A stretch of DNA of 63,987 nucleotides, filler included, from Reticulomyxa filosa (taxonomy: Eukaryota > Protista > Foraminifera), in the NCBI GenBank assembly GCA_000512085.1. It is 20 parts of 20 records of this genome, joined end to end, with 100 filler letters (N's around TTAATTAATTAA, not from the genome) between each part and the next. Parts side by side here need not be neighbours in the genome. Positions count along the whole stretch, not along the records: positions 62,961 to 63,987 come from ASPP01025758.1; 19 more parts are not named here. One strand, written 5' to 3'. The stretch's first letter is position 1. Every line of letters begins with the position of its first letter. Shown in pieces: positions 62,861 to 63,987 of the stretch. The notes below the pieces were generated by a model. The model made no database searches. It saw nothing but the letters and a program-made list of their open reading frames with translations, and had not been told where the DNA came from. Both the position numbers and the translations under genes were made by a program.

Positions 62861-62960
62861 NNNNNNNNNNNNNNNNNNNNNNNNNNNNNNNNNNNNNNNN
62901 NNNNTTAATTAATTAANNNNNNNNNNNNNNNNNNNNNNNNNNNNNNNNNNNNNNNNNNNN

Positions 62961-63987
62961 GCCAAAGCTTTGTATCTCATTTCCGATTGTATTTGAAAAC
63001 ATTTAGGAAAGAAATTATCATAAATCTCCTTAACAGTGGGGATGAGATTGTAAACAAAAGCACCGAGAGAACTCTGCACTGTACTTTTTCGTAATTTCAC
63101 GACTCTCTTTGACCATTTTGGTGGCAATCTTGCGAGCTTTGTTTTCATGGACAAATGAACAAAATAAAGGCTTGTGTAAAAATATTTCAATTTCAGTGTT
63201 TATTTCATATCTAGTTTTGATTGATGCAATGTCCAATAAAAAAAGAGAAAAAAATTCCATTTTGAAAACTGTGACAAATGAAAAACAACAATAAGATTTC
63301 TGTGTTTCAAAATTGGAACCATTATATGAGATAACAAAAAAACATTATCATAGATATGAACAAAATTTGTGCACATTTTTTATTTTTTTGGACAAACTGA
63401 CCAAAAAAAATTGAAGCGAGATCATGAAATAATTATGTTTAACAATTAGGAATATAATTGGTGCATTGAAACATTTTTTGATTAAAATTGGGATGCTAAA
63501 GGGAGATTTAGGTTCAACTTTTTTCTGTCGTACTATCAAAAAACTACTTTGAAGACAGATTTACTTACAGTTTTTTTGTCTATATGTGTAATGTCTTTCT
63601 TCAAGGACAAATAAATTACAGCTTTGCCAGGAAATTCCTTTTTTGTCACTTGATAATACAAAACTTTTTTCATTGCTCCTTCAGAATGGAAAAAAAGATA
63701 TTTGAAGAAAATTGAATATCAGTTTCACAAATAATGATGTTTTGTGCATTGATCATTTTACAGTTCTCCAAATGCTTTAAAGATTATCATCATAACTCCG
63801 AATAGTTTTATCTTCAAATTTTGTCTGAGAATATTTGGTTTGTTTTCGTCTTCTTTTGGATAAAATAATTAACATTTGATGTGCTATCATACGTAAGTGT
63901 AATAATTATACGTTCGTCAACTGACGCATGGACAAAACTTCTGAAGTGTAATTTTTGAAGTCACAACTATTGGATAAGAGCGTTGAA
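62961..63987 (-). pseudogene. Decayed coding sequence of unknown family
   Basis: Several short minus-strand ORF pieces linked by frameshifts. Confidence 0.25.

Noticed and set aside
2533-62960. Regularly recurring TTAATTAATTAA as a biological repeat or CRISPR-like array
   Set aside because: Always inside exactly 44+44 Ns; it is a six-frame-stop concatenation linker. Gene adjacency across spacers therefore means nothing

Overview
This window is not one locus. It is 20 short, unlinked contigs (about 1-7 kb) joined by 19 identical artificial 100-bp spacers (N44-TTAATTAATTAA-N44). Nineteen contigs come from an AT-rich, intron-containing protist genome. The expanded WD40 and Kelch families with their shared WIRILxIKLGWI motif, plus the many pseudogenes, suggest the foraminiferan Reticulomyxa filosa or a relative (inference from recall, not a search). 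Recognisable genes: RMI1 head-to-head with a DHHC palmitoyltransferase, a sulfotransferase-like type II membrane protein, a GT71 mannosyltransferase, YIPF6, an EF-hand protein, an FGD-like DH-PH-FYVE RhoGEF, a SAM protein, a CAMK1-like kinase, a CAP-Gly+VPS9 protein, several WD40/Kelch genes and pseudogenes, and a midasin pseudogene. Mobile DNA comprises Tc1/mariner remnants, solo LTRs, a Gypsy integrase tail and a LINE-like ORF1. One contig (34678-37245) is a betaproteobacterial rRNA operon from a co-sequenced bacterium. The best leads are: (1) a symmetric phase-0, 33-34-codon cassette exon found four times and joined to WD40 and/or Kelch propellers, a candidate unannotated F-box/SOCS-like adaptor; (2) introns that are U-rich near the donor and A-rich near the acceptor with frequent GTT donors, suggesting structure-guided splicing; (3) a CAP-Gly+VPS9 fusion with the catalytic Asp replaced; (4) an unnamed hydrophobic repeat protein family; (5) a ~140-nt foldback element.
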